A DNA stretch of 64,000 nucleotides from Octopus vulgaris (taxonomy: Eukaryota), in NCBI GenBank assembly GCA_951406725.2, contig OX597817.1:24490001-24554000 (forward strand). Direction: 5' to 3'. Each line of letters opens with the position of its first letter. The first letter of the stretch is position 1. Positions 37,957-49,269 of the stretch are shown piece by piece. The notes beneath the pieces were generated by a model. The model ran no database searches and was not told where the DNA came from. It saw only the letters and a program-made list of their open reading frames with translations. The position numbers and the translations under genes were made by a program.

Positions 37957-38614
37957 TATTGGGTCATCCCATATATAATGTTTTTTTTATACTTCTATTT
38001 TTTTAATTTTAAGATGAACAAAGTTCTTTTTTGATCTACAATATACTCTCCTTCATTTTCTACAATGCTCTTCTGGTAGACTTGCAATGCCCCTCTTCCA
38101 AAATTCACTTGTCCATAATGAAAAATACTCCTCCAGTACTGTTCTGACCTTGTCTACAGAATTCATATTTTTTCCATCCAAATGATTTTGAAGACTGCAG
38201 AATAAATGATAATCAGATGAGGCAACGTCTGATGAATATGGTGAGTGGAGCATCGTTTCCCATTCGAATAGCTCCTGCCTTTCGAATGTCATCCTCGCTG
38301 TATGTAACCAAGCATTATCCTGATGGAAGAACACCTTTCGTCTTGAAACCAAAAATGGTAATTTTTCTTCTATTGCTGACTTTAGCTGTTCAAGCTACTC
38401 TCAGTAGATCTCCTTTGTCATTTCTATTATAGCTTTGAAAAAAATAACTGTTAAAATTGAAGTGCACTTTTCAAAACTTGCTCTAAAAATAAGTACATGG
38501 TAAAGTTGCTATCTGCTTTTAAAGCAAGTCATGCAGGCAGTTTATCCCATACCCGCTCTAAATTTTAGTTCATGCAATTGAAAAAGACCGCATTATTTAT
38601 GGGATGAACTAATA
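37957..38614 (-). mobile_element. Internally deleted mariner transposon with both TIRs
   Basis: TIRs TAttgggtcatcccatatataatg / cattatttatgggatgaactaaTA. ORF 38053-38352 has HQDNA and HSPYSSDVASSDYHLF (the mariner YSPDLAPSDY motif). Confidence 0.9.
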
Positions 38615-39859
38615 TGTGTAACCGTATGTTGGCTGATAAAAGTTTTTATAAAATAATAAACAGAAGAAAATGCTTAGAAATATATAATTATGATTAGTAT
38701 GTTTACTGTCATGGAGATTCTTACAGTAGTAGAAAAGGAATTTTAGCTCCTATTTCTAAATTCGGTATGTGGTGAAGCAATTAGCTGAACCCTAATTATA
38801 ATTATATGAATAATTTTACCTATAAATGGTTATTTTAACATACCGATCTACTTGGTAGAATTATTAATTAATTTATTAATTAATTTTACCTTTCTATTAT
38901 TAATTAAGCTTAGAAATGTATATATAGATTGACTATACTAACCAGAAAGAAACAAATTCAAGATGGACAAAACTTGAAACTACAACCGACATATTTGACA
39001 ATATGGTAAAAACAGTAAAAACAAATATATGGTGCGAAGCGGCAATGTTAACGTTAATGTTATTGTATTAATTGTTCAGAGGTGAATGTTTTGAAATAAG
39101 AAACTCTGAAAAATGCTTTCAACAATTCAGATTTACAGTTTTAGGTTGATTTGTCTTGAAACCAATTGAAATAGTTTTTACTTAAGCATAACGAGCATTC
39201 CATAGAATAGTATTAGAATTCACAGCTGCATGTGCTTGCTTTTTCCCAAAACAGAATATTGGATTTTGAAAGGGGCAGAATCAATTTTTTTTTAATTGCC
39301 ATACATGTTTTTATAAATTCTTTGATGACCTTTTTTGTGTGGGTCTTTAAGAAATTTTTGTATTGATTAAATTTCATTTTGAAGCTGTTTTCTGTGGCTC
39401 TGGTGGAAGTTTTGGATGAAAAGCTATTATCAATCTGAATCTTAGCCCTGTAAACAAATAATTACCATCAAGAAATTACCATTAACAGGGCAATTACTAA
39501 GATCTTTGAATTGCCTTCAGACCCTTCATTATATCCATTTTATTTACTGAGTTTATTTACATTGTGTTTGTTACCAAACAAGTCAAAAATAGCTAACACT
39601 CAAGATACTTGTGCTAAAAAATTTAATATACTTATGGCCCATAGGAAAATGCCAAGATACTAAATACAAACTTTAAATGTTCTCTCATGACATTATTTTC
39701 GGTATTAATATAAAATATTGTGTGAACCACAAAACCTTTCTAGTTCTGGTTCTCCAAAATAACATAAGATTAATTTTGCTGCCAGCATAATGGATCTCAT
39801 CAGAGAATTCGTTTTGACTAAGTATGTCATTTTAGGACAAAGAGACCTTGTTAAAGTTT

Positions 39860-39995
39860 CGTGATCAGATGACTGTTGCATGTCTCATTTCTCTGTTTCT
39901 TTTTGTTGTTCGAAAAAGTTCATTTTCTATGTTTTTGTTTTTATGTTTTCGTTTGTCATTGTGTTCAACGTTTTTTTGATCTCCTGTACCCATAT
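39860..39995. repeat. T-rich short interspersed-element fragment ending at (TA)n
   Basis: Its T-rich body running into a TA tract resembles element 8562-8781 in layout. No intact ribozyme core. Confidence 0.3.
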
Positions 39996-40154
39996 ATGCA
40001 TGTATATATACATATATATATAGGTATATACATATATGTATGTATATATGCATATATTTACATATTATTCATATTATTATAGTCACTTATGTTACAAACT
40101 ATGTTTTTAGTATACAGGGCTAGTGACTAAAATCTTCATTAATATATAATAATC

Positions 40155-40362
40155 TTAGGGCAGAGAACTAGCAGAATCATGAGCACAGCAGGCAAAATGC
40201 GTAGTGGCATTTCATCGTCTTTACGTTCTAAGTTCCAATTCCTCTGAGGTTCACTTTGCCTTTCACAGTTGATAAAATAAGCACCATTTGAGCACTGGGG
40301 TTGATCTAATTGACTTAACCCCTTTCCATAAATTTCTGCCCTTGCACCAAAATTTGAAACCA
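40155..40362 (+). mobile_element. Diverged family C SINE
   Basis: ctagcagaatcatgagcac...ctttgcctttcac...aataagcacc. Confidence 0.7.
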
Positions 40363-40767
40363 ATATAAAATAACCTCTTGACAGGCTTACAAAAATACCT
40401 AAAACTTTTGGGTTGTAGATCTTAATATCTAAAGTATTAGCATAACCTAGATTCTTCTAAACTGCAATGCTTAAGATCATGCACTAGAGGAATGTAACAA
40501 AATCCTTCTTAAGCTTATCATGCTCATGTCCATTCATATCTCCAGTAATAATAAAGTTGACATCCTTGTATACACACAGATTTGATTATTAGAATTCTGT
40601 ATGTAAACAATACAGAATATATGTCCCCAAAACATACATAGTTCTTATTCATTGCATCTACCCATACACACATTGAATAATTGCTTTTCTTAACCTAGGA
40701 AGCGTCGTTTAAAATAGTACTAATTTCCTGGTATGCTTGATGATATTAATGTCTTAGTCATAGTATG

Positions 40768-41322
40768 TCATCATCATCATTTAATGTCTGCTTTCCATGC
40801 TAGCATGGGTTGGACGATTTTGACTGAGGGCTGGCAAACCAGATGGCTGCACCAGGCTCCAGTCTTGATCTGGCAGAATTTCTACAGCTGGATGCCCTTC
40901 CTAACGCCAACCACTCCGAGAGTGTAGTGGGTGCTTTTTACGTGCCACCTGCACGGGGGCCAGTCAGGCGGTACTGGCAATGACCTCGCTCGAATCTTTT
41001 TACACATGCCACCGGCACAGGTGCCACTGAAGCGATGTTGGTAATGATCACGCTCGAATGGTACCCTTTTATGTGCCACGGGTACGGAAGCCAGTTTGCT
41101 GCTCTGGCAACGATCACACTCAGATGGTGCTCTTGGCACCCTACTAGCACAGGCATAAGTGCCAGTAAGGCGATGCTGGTAACGATCATACTTGAATAGC
41201 CACTCTGTCAACGATCACACTCGTATGGGGCTCTTTGCACCCTGCTAGCATGGATGCCAGTCAGTGAATTGATTTTGATTTCACTTGCCTCAACAGGTCT
41301 TCGCAAGCAGAGTTTAGTGACC
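40768..41322 (-). mobile_element. RTE-type 3' end with tandem units
   Basis: (cat)n tail and ctggatgcccttcctaacgccaaccactcc; reaches the ggtcttcgcaagca motif related to 46510-46530. Confidence 0.85.
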
Positions 41323-41609
41323 GTGCATATATAATTAATAGTGACAGAAGCATTACTAATTCAAATGATAATATTCATCACCAACTTAAAGTTGGTTTTG
41401 GTTTAGAACACAAAATACTGCATTACTTACCATGATAAGACTTATTGTGCACAAAAGCACTCACGTGTATATTGCATGTATTCTGAAGACACACTCAGAA
41501 TTTTAGTAGAAGAGGACTTGTTACCAGTGGGGAAAAGTCCAAAATGTTAAACTTAATATATCTACAGTGTATGTGATTGCATACATACACATTAAACATA
41601 TATATGTGC

Positions 41610-41621
41610 TTGCATACAAAC

Positions 41622-41680
<59 letters not shown>

Positions 41681-41685
41681 TATAT

Positions 41686-41733
<48 letters not shown>

Positions 41734-41735
41734 AT
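41610..41735. repeat. (TA)n/(CA)n microsatellite
   Basis: Seen directly. Confidence 0.95.
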
Positions 41736-42314
41736 ACCTGTAAATGTAATATGTGACAATTATTTGGTAGCCAAGATAAAACTCTGAGTTACTAACTTAC
41801 CACACAGCCACTCTTATGCCTGTATATGTATATATATATATATATATATATAATGAAGTTATGTATATATATATACATATATCATGAAATTTGCCGACCA
41901 AACAATTTCTTTTGTTATCTTACCATTTTTACCAATATATATATGTATATGTATGTACATATATTTACACACATATGTTTGTGTGCATGTATGTATGCAT
42001 ATATAAAAGTAGATGTATATGAACATGTATACTTGTATCTCTGTTCAGTGTTTGTAGCAATGTTTGTAAAGCAAGCCATTCAATGAAAGGTAGTTCTAGT
42101 CATACAAAAGAGAGAAGGTAGTCATTGCTAGAACGCTCTTAGTTTTACATTTGCTTGCTCAGATCTGATCAGAAATAAATTAAAACTGCAGCAACAAAAA
42201 ATGACAAAAAAGGTTATACTATAATCCAAGTGTTTCGTTATACTATTACATTTGGAGTACAAAATGTACAAAACGGCATGTGGCTGCAGAAAAATAAGGA
42301 TCTAAACAATGATG

Positions 42315-42570
42315 CATATGCCCACGGGCATATGGCGTAGTGGTTAAAAGTGTGGGCTACTAACCCCAATATTCCGAGTTCAATTCCAAGCAGTGACCTG
42401 AACAATAACAATAACAATAATAATAATAATCGAAATAATTCGAAATAATTAGGAATGAGAACCCAGGTTCGAAATTTCCCCAAGACACCTGAAGAAGGCT
42501 GGAAGGTATATCAGCTGAAACATTGTGTTAACAAGAAACAAGATGAGGACAAATATTTGTCAAATGTAAA
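42315..42570 (+). mobile_element. tRNA-headed short element containing a hammerhead ribozyme
   Basis: A box TGGCGTAGTGG (42333-42343), B box GAGTTCAATTCC (42376-42387), (AAT)n spacer, hammerhead at 42484-42529. Confidence 0.7.
42484..42529 (+). ncRNA. Minimal type-I hammerhead ribozyme motif
   Basis: gacac CTGAAGA a ggctg-gaaggtatat-cagct GAAA ca TT gtgtt. Stem I gacac/gtgtt; minimal stem III ACAT, probably ACGT after CpG decay. Confidence 0.7.
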
Positions 42571-42571
42571 T

Positions 42572-42737
42572 AGGAGTGGCTGTGTGGTAAGTAGCTTATT
42601 TACCAACCACATGGTTCCGGGTTCAGTCCCACTGCATGGCACCTTGGGCAAGTGTCTTCTGCTATAGCCTCGGGCCAACCAAACCCTTGTGAGTGGATTT
42701 GGTAGACGGAAACTGAAAGAAGCCCATCGTACATATG

Positions 42738-42770
<33 letters not shown>

Positions 42771-42975
42771 TTGTGTGTCTGTGTTTGTCCCCCTAGCATT
42801 GCTTGACAACCGATGCTGGTGTGTTTATGTCCCCGTCACTTAGCGGTTCGGCAAAAGAGACCGATAGAATAAGTGCTGAGCTTACAAAGAATAAGTCCCA
42901 GGGTCGAGTTGCTCGATTAAAGGCGGTGCTCCAGCATGGCCGCAGTCAAATGACTGAAACAAGTAAAAGAGTAAA
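42572..42975 (+). mobile_element. Family B SINE (full length)
   Basis: High identity to the other family B copies. Confidence 0.9.
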
Positions 42976-43890
42976 ATGTAAATAATATAATGATGCATCT
43001 ATTCATATGTTCTGGCGGACCCAAATATGAGTATATCAATCGCTGTTGTAGTTCATCTTCAGGGAACATACTCTTACTTTAGATAATGTATGTCAACATA
43101 ACACTAATCTCATTCACATAAGGGGGTTCTGAGACACCTTAGTGTTTCGACTTGGTTGTTTCTCTGCTGTCAAAATTTTCCCCTTGATCAATAAATCTAA
43201 ATGAGAATGGTGGCTCTTCCTTATAGAAATCGGCAAACAAATTAGTTGTTGATGGGGGTTGATGTCTGCTAACCTTATAATGAACAATCACTTTGAATGT
43301 AGAACAGAAACGAAATTGAAACAATGATGTACCTATTCCATTCTTAATATGTTTTGACAGACCCAAATGTGAACGCACTAACGGCTGTTGAAGTATATAT
43401 AAAACATATACTAAGCTCACCTAATACTGGTGATTGGCTCTTTTGATACAGAAACAACTAACACACCAGACAGATGAGTATTCCTAAAGGACACTTAACT
43501 GAGAGCCACTCAATAATATGCTGGTGTATTGACGTAAAAGATTTAAATATTTATACATGAGAGAAAGGAAAAACGTAGCTGTAACCATTACTTCAAAACT
43601 AGATGACATCGACGGTTAGCTTGGAGAGAAACCTGTTTTACATGCCAATATAAGATAAATGAAGTAATTAAAATTGCTATTAAGAAGTGTGACAATAACA
43701 ATAAAGCAAATACTTTGCCGAGAATGAATAGGAGGAAAAGTGTTCTTAGGATGGCATTCTAATAGTGTTCAAGAGTGTTCTAGACTGTCTCTAAATGTTT
43801 GTGTTGCTGTTTAGTCTCTGGCTAGTCGTGATCAAGATGCCTATAACCCTATTTATCACACCATTACATACATACATACATGCATGCATG

Positions 43891-43925
<35 letters not shown>

Positions 43926-43934
43926 ACATATATA

Positions 43935-44163
43935 TTTCTTTACTACCCACAAGTGGCTAAACACAGAGGGAACAAACGAGGACAGACAAATGGATTAAGT
44001 CGATTATATCGACCCCAGTGCTTAACTGGTACTTATTTAATCGACCCAGAAAGGATGAAAGGCAAAGTCGGCCTCGGCGGAATTTGAACTCAGAACATAG
44101 CGGCAGGCGAAATACCGCTAAGCATTTCGCCCGGCATGATCACGTTTCTGCCAGCTCGCCGCC
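43935..44163 (-). mobile_element. Family C SINE in a (CATA)n tract
   Basis: Ends in ctgccagctcgcc, the reverse complement of the head. Confidence 0.9.
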
Positions 44164-44544
44164 TTTCAGCTGCCATACATATATACCTACACACATACAT
44201 ATATACCTATACGCACATATACATGCATGCATGCATACATACATACATGCATACATACATACAGAGCCAAAAATCTATAAAATTTTCCAGAAGTTTATCA
44301 TTTAAATATATATGAGCATGTATACAAGTATATGCATGAGAAGACATGCATAAAACAAAATATACAAATCCGCATGTATACATACATGCATGCATACATA
44401 GGTACAGACAGATAAACAAACAAATAAAATACCCTGTTGTTGATGTTGAAATTCTAATGGAAGAGTCTTGGATCTAAGTTAGGAACCGATTCTTTCTCCA
44501 TTGGCAAGAAATCTTGAAATAAAACTGAATAATGACATACTAAT

Positions 44545-45222
44545 TGGTACTCAAAAGTGACTGGAAATGTTCTCTGTGGGGCAAGCTTGTTGTAGTTCAG
44601 GCTTCCACCACAAGAAGCCACTTGATGTGACCCTCAGGCATCAGTCTGTCGATCAGCATTATCTAGTGGAGTCCTACTGCCATGTGCTGTGTCTTTGTTT
44701 TTCAGTGCTTCTCTACTGTTCATCAATTTTTGCAATGGATGAAACGAAGGGTTAGTATGCTTCTATGAGATTCAGTTTCCTACTGGGGAAAATGGTAGCT
44801 GAAACAGTTGTCATGCTTAAGCAGCTTACAAGAATGCTGCCATGAACAAAACATAGGTTTATAAGTAGCTTTTATGCTTTAGGAATGGTCACTTGTTGCT
44901 TGAAGACCAATTGTTCAGGGCATCTGTCAACCTTCAAATAAATGAAAACATCATGAGAATTCATGAACTGATCTTAGAGGACCATCACCGAACAACTGAC
45001 AAACTTGTTGATATGAATGATGTGTCCTGGAGCTCCTGCCTAGGAATTTTGAGTGAGGATTTACGAATGAAAAGAGTTTCAGCAAAATTTGAGCCTTGCT
45101 TGCTCACGGAAGATTGAAAACAGTTATGACTGAAAGCAGTCATGAACTGGAAGAACAGTTGGAAGTTGATCTGGACCTTTATTTGAAGGTCATCAATGGT
45201 GACAAAAGCTGGTGCTATGGAA
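44545..45222 (+). pseudogene. Decayed mariner transposase, N-terminal half
   Basis: ILEDHHRT...ILSEDLRMKRVSAKFEPCLLT (WVPxxL motif) and KVINGDKSWCYG (TGDEKW motif). Frameshifts present. Confidence 0.8.
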
Positions 45223-45339
45223 TTGCTATAAAGTGATACACAAACTCTCAGCTATAAGTACATTGCGCCTTATAGAAGACACAACTGTAAGCTAATGAAG
45301 TTCATGACAATTTCTTGTTGCCTTGTCATATATATATAA

Positions 45340-45685
45340 TCAATATTAGGGTAGCAAAAAATTCAATAGAAATTATTTTGCCACCAGCGGTCTAGTGAGA
45401 AAGAGGAAATAGTCAGAGACTATTAATAAATTCAACAACAATTGAGGAACGGCTATAGTAGGCCGTTCGACCCACTAGAAATGGCAGCAAGGGCTCCAAC
45501 CGCAAATAGTAGTAATTCCGAAATCAGAGGAAAAATTAAAAACCTTTACCCTGTTCTTCTTTAGACAATGCATTGTTTCGGCGTTTTTTAATGGTAAACC
45601 AGCCTGATTAAATTAAATTAAACTTAATCAAGTCAATCTTCCAAAAGGCCAACGCGCTCATCAGTAAAGGAGCCAGAAGGAACAT
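45340..45685 (-). mobile_element. Short non-coding element carrying an intact hammerhead
   Basis: CpG-containing block starting at a (TA)n run and containing the ribozyme at 45559-45669. Confidence 0.6.
45559..45669 (-). ncRNA. Type-I hammerhead ribozyme, intact core, extended stem II
   Basis: Minus strand: cttta CTGATGA gcgcgtt...aacgcc GAAA caatgcattg TC taaag. Perfect stem I, 12-nt palindromic stem III ACAATGCATTGT, GUC site. Confidence 0.85.
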
Positions 45686-46132
45686 TATATAAATAATCCA
45701 TTGTCTGTCTGTCTGTCTTCTAGGATCTCGGGCATCTTCCATCCAATTGCGCTCAAATTGGATATGTAGATACCAACGGTATCAGGGCGTCTATAAGTCT
45801 TGAAAAAATGGCAAAAATCGATTTCAGGTGAGAATGCGATCGAGAAAGCCGTGGGAACGTGCATTTGTACGCGTAATACATCAGCTGTTGCGATGTACTT
45901 ACTGGTACTGTAAACTCTTCGGTTGCATATTTGTGTGAATAAAATCGTTTTGCTTTGGAATAGAAAAACAGTCTATCTTTATTTCTTCTTTTGCTGCTGT
46001 CTCAAATTTAGGTTAAATATGTGTTTCTCAAAGGGGAGGCCTATGGGACGGTTGGACAAGTTCTTTTGAGAAAATTTGGTTTAAATGTTTGATAACTCAG
46101 CTCCGTCCATTGGACAGTGGACGTTTTGCTCG
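45686..46132 (+). mobile_element. Non-autonomous Helitron-like element
   Basis: (gtct)n near the 5' end; 3' hairpin cgtccatt-ggac-agtggacg followed by ttttgCTCG|T. Confidence 0.55.
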
Positions 46133-46144
46133 TATATATATATA

Positions 46145-46664
46145 TCATCATCATCATCATCGTTTAGCGTCCGTTTTCCATGCTAGCATGGGTTGGATGG
46201 GTCAACTGGGGTCTGTGACGCTGGAAGGCTTCGTCAGGCCCAGTCAGATCTGGCAGTGTTTCTACGGCTGGATGCCCTTCCTAACGCCAACCACTCCGTG
46301 AGTGTAGTGGGTGCTTTTTACGTGCCACCTGCACAGGTGCCAGGCGGGGCTGGCAACGGCCACGGTCGGATTGGTGTATTTTATGTGCCACCGGCACGGA
46401 AGCCAGACGAGGCGGCTCTGGCATCGGCCACGAGTCGGATTGTGCTTTTACGTACCACCAGACCAGGGATCCTGGCTGGTTCAATTCGATTTCGATTTCG
46501 CTTGCCCCAACATGTCTTCGCAAGCAAGGGGGTTGGCATGGGTGCCTGTTGCACGGTCAGATTGGTGTATTTTACGTGCCACCGGCACGGAAGCCAGTGG
46601 AGGCGGCACTGGCATCAGCCACGAGTCGGATAGTGCTTTTTACGTACCACCAGACCAGGGAACC
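46145..46664 (-). mobile_element. RTE-type 3' end with internal duplication
   Basis: (cat)n tail and Meta-like domain; about 46361-46469 is repeated at about 46552-46660. Confidence 0.85.
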
Positions 46665-49269
46665 TGGAAATTAATGGAGAGCCGGTGAACAGAGATTTGC
46701 ACATCTATATTTTATTATACAGTTATTTATGTCATTCTTTGCTTGGACCTATGCATGTTTTGGCTCCAACCATTGCACACTATCAAGTGTGCATCTTGGT
46801 ACTAATTGTTGGTGCATCTTGGTGTTAACTGTTGATGTAGCTTCTTCAGGGTCCATTGTTTACTGCTATTTGAAGATCATCCGAAGAAAACTATGACACT
46901 GACCAAATAGGAGTCCTTGAGGTGGTATAGCTGTTTCTATAAATAGTTGTATTTCCTCGTGTCCTGAAGATTACCTTGGCCAGTTAGGTATTTATTACTG
47001 GATTTGGCTTTAAAATAGGTCACAGTTCTTGTGGGCTCCTTAGTATTATAATCCAGCTTACTATTCTATTAATTTAGAAGTGTATTCTTTTTTTTTTTTT
47101 TGAGGTATTCAATTACATTTCTGGTTTATTATCTATTTTTATAGTTATTAATCTTAAAAACATATATACAGTTTCACGTACAGTTCATACCAGTCTCACC
47201 ATTCCTGAAAGGTATGATTCAGCGTGGCTGTTGTTCAATGAGTGGAATCTGCAAAATATGAAAGAATACACAGTCTTTCATTTTCCTGATAATTTCTCTC
47301 AATTTTTTTTCCTTGTGAAAATAATTAAGGTTGAAATTTCTGTTTCCTTGAATGTATTGTGAACATGTACAAAAATTCAATGAAATGATACTAATAGAAA
47401 AAGAGGAAAGAAATATATTGCATTTTGTCTTCTTGATTCAGGAATAACAAAATATTTATTTTTATCAAAGAATATACTTTTAAAGAGCACTACATTCTCA
47501 AAGTGAAGTACATATTTTATTAAAGATACCAAAGCTCTTAGAAACTTTTTCATAATAGGAGTTTGCAGCATATGGCATTGAGTTAGATACTAAATAATGA
47601 ATTACAAGATATTCAAAAAGCTTTGGATTATTTTGTATCGCTAACATATACATACACTTTGTACAGTGGCACAAATGAAAGATATAGCAAGATTTTTTTT
47701 TTTATTTCATCTGTAAATAGCATATTTTAAAATTCTTTTGTATTTTTATTCTTTCAATATCTTAACAAGGAAATATTTTCTCCTAGCCAGCTGATATTTT
47801 GCTTTCAAAGAAATGGATGCAATATTCAAAGTTAGTATAATATTCTTATAGTCTTTGTTTTCAAAAGTCTTCTCTTTATATTTGCTTCAGTTTGCTTTTA
47901 GAATTCGTAACAACCGCTTTTTTTCTTTACCAGTGTACTATTATTGTAGAAGACTGCTACTTATACATTTAGTTATTCATCACCACTTCTAGCCTCACTC
48001 TGTTCGAAATTTCAAGAGCCTGACACCAACATGCACATCTCTGTTATTAAACTGTTGTCATCCATTCAGGAATCGTGTTCAATTAAAGAAATATAGTGTA
48101 ATATGCGATTGTTGTATATTGATGAGAAATAAACAAACAACCATCTGTTAATATTCACTTGACAAAAATAAAAACAGATATTATAAAGAAAACATATAGT
48201 AAATCTTTCAAGCTCTGCTGAATTTTATTTTGAAACTGGCAAAAAGAGATTAAATAAAAATGTTAAATTAAATGATGCATAGCTGAATTTTTGGTAGTAA
48301 TTTTAATGACTTTACTTCCTGTGTATCTACTGAATTACAATTTCCGATAATTGAATGCTATGTTCCTCTATAAAGCTAAAGAAATTGAAATCTGGTATTA
48401 ACTTTAACAATCACAGTTTTCATATTAGGAAAATTCTCTTAATATTACTATGTCATAATAATAAGTTCCTCCAAAGGAATTTCAAAATCTATAGCATGCC
48501 ATTAATTATATGGCAGAATTTTCCTAAGAATGTTATTTTCTATAAATTGAGATATTACTTTGATAATGGTGGCAAATTCTTCATCAATAAGGAATTTATG
48601 TGTACTTAATTTTTCCAATTATTATTTGATAAATGCTTTTCCTTCCCTTGTCAACTATCTAATTCCTACCGTATCGTCATGTTATTCCCATTAGAAGTTA
48701 TTTGAATGGAAATATTATACATTTCCTTCATTCAGATTAAATTTGAAAAATATGACAAAGAAAACTGAAGGTATTTCAATTAGATTCTGAGAGAGAATTC
48801 TAGAAATTATGTTTAGTACTTTCTCAACTAACTGTAATTTTTGATAGCAATTTCACATTAAAGGAACCACTGAATACAAGCAGACACATACAGTGAGAAG
48901 AGAAATATTTCTTCAAACTCCGATTCCAAATGAAATAATTCTTAGCTAAACCATTGCATAAGTAACTGTGAAATGTGAACTAGGTGAAATTAGTTCAGTA
49001 CTAAAATGGCTAAGATCCTGAGGAATATATGTTATATGTTATATGTTTATTTGGTGTTACTAGCAAGCGGGGCCTCATATCAGTGAGGTTGGGGGGCACA
49101 TTGGTGCCGTCGAGTGGTAGGCTCCAAAACGGCATGCATTCTCTCCTGATGACCCCATACACTTGCTGGCTTCTGGTATACGGAGCTTTTGACTGGTAGC
49201 ACTTGCATGTGCGAGTTGTTTGCAAGACATCTAAGCACAAGTGTGGCTGTGTGGTAAGAAACTTGCTTC

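Noticed and set aside
43139-43420. 93-aa minus-strand ORF
   Set aside because: No recognisable motif, non-ATG start and no convincing splice structure.
44428-44540. Short repeat (paralog on the minus strand at about 52810-52860) with a possibly decayed ribozyme
   Set aside because: Both core segments are too mutated to support the call.
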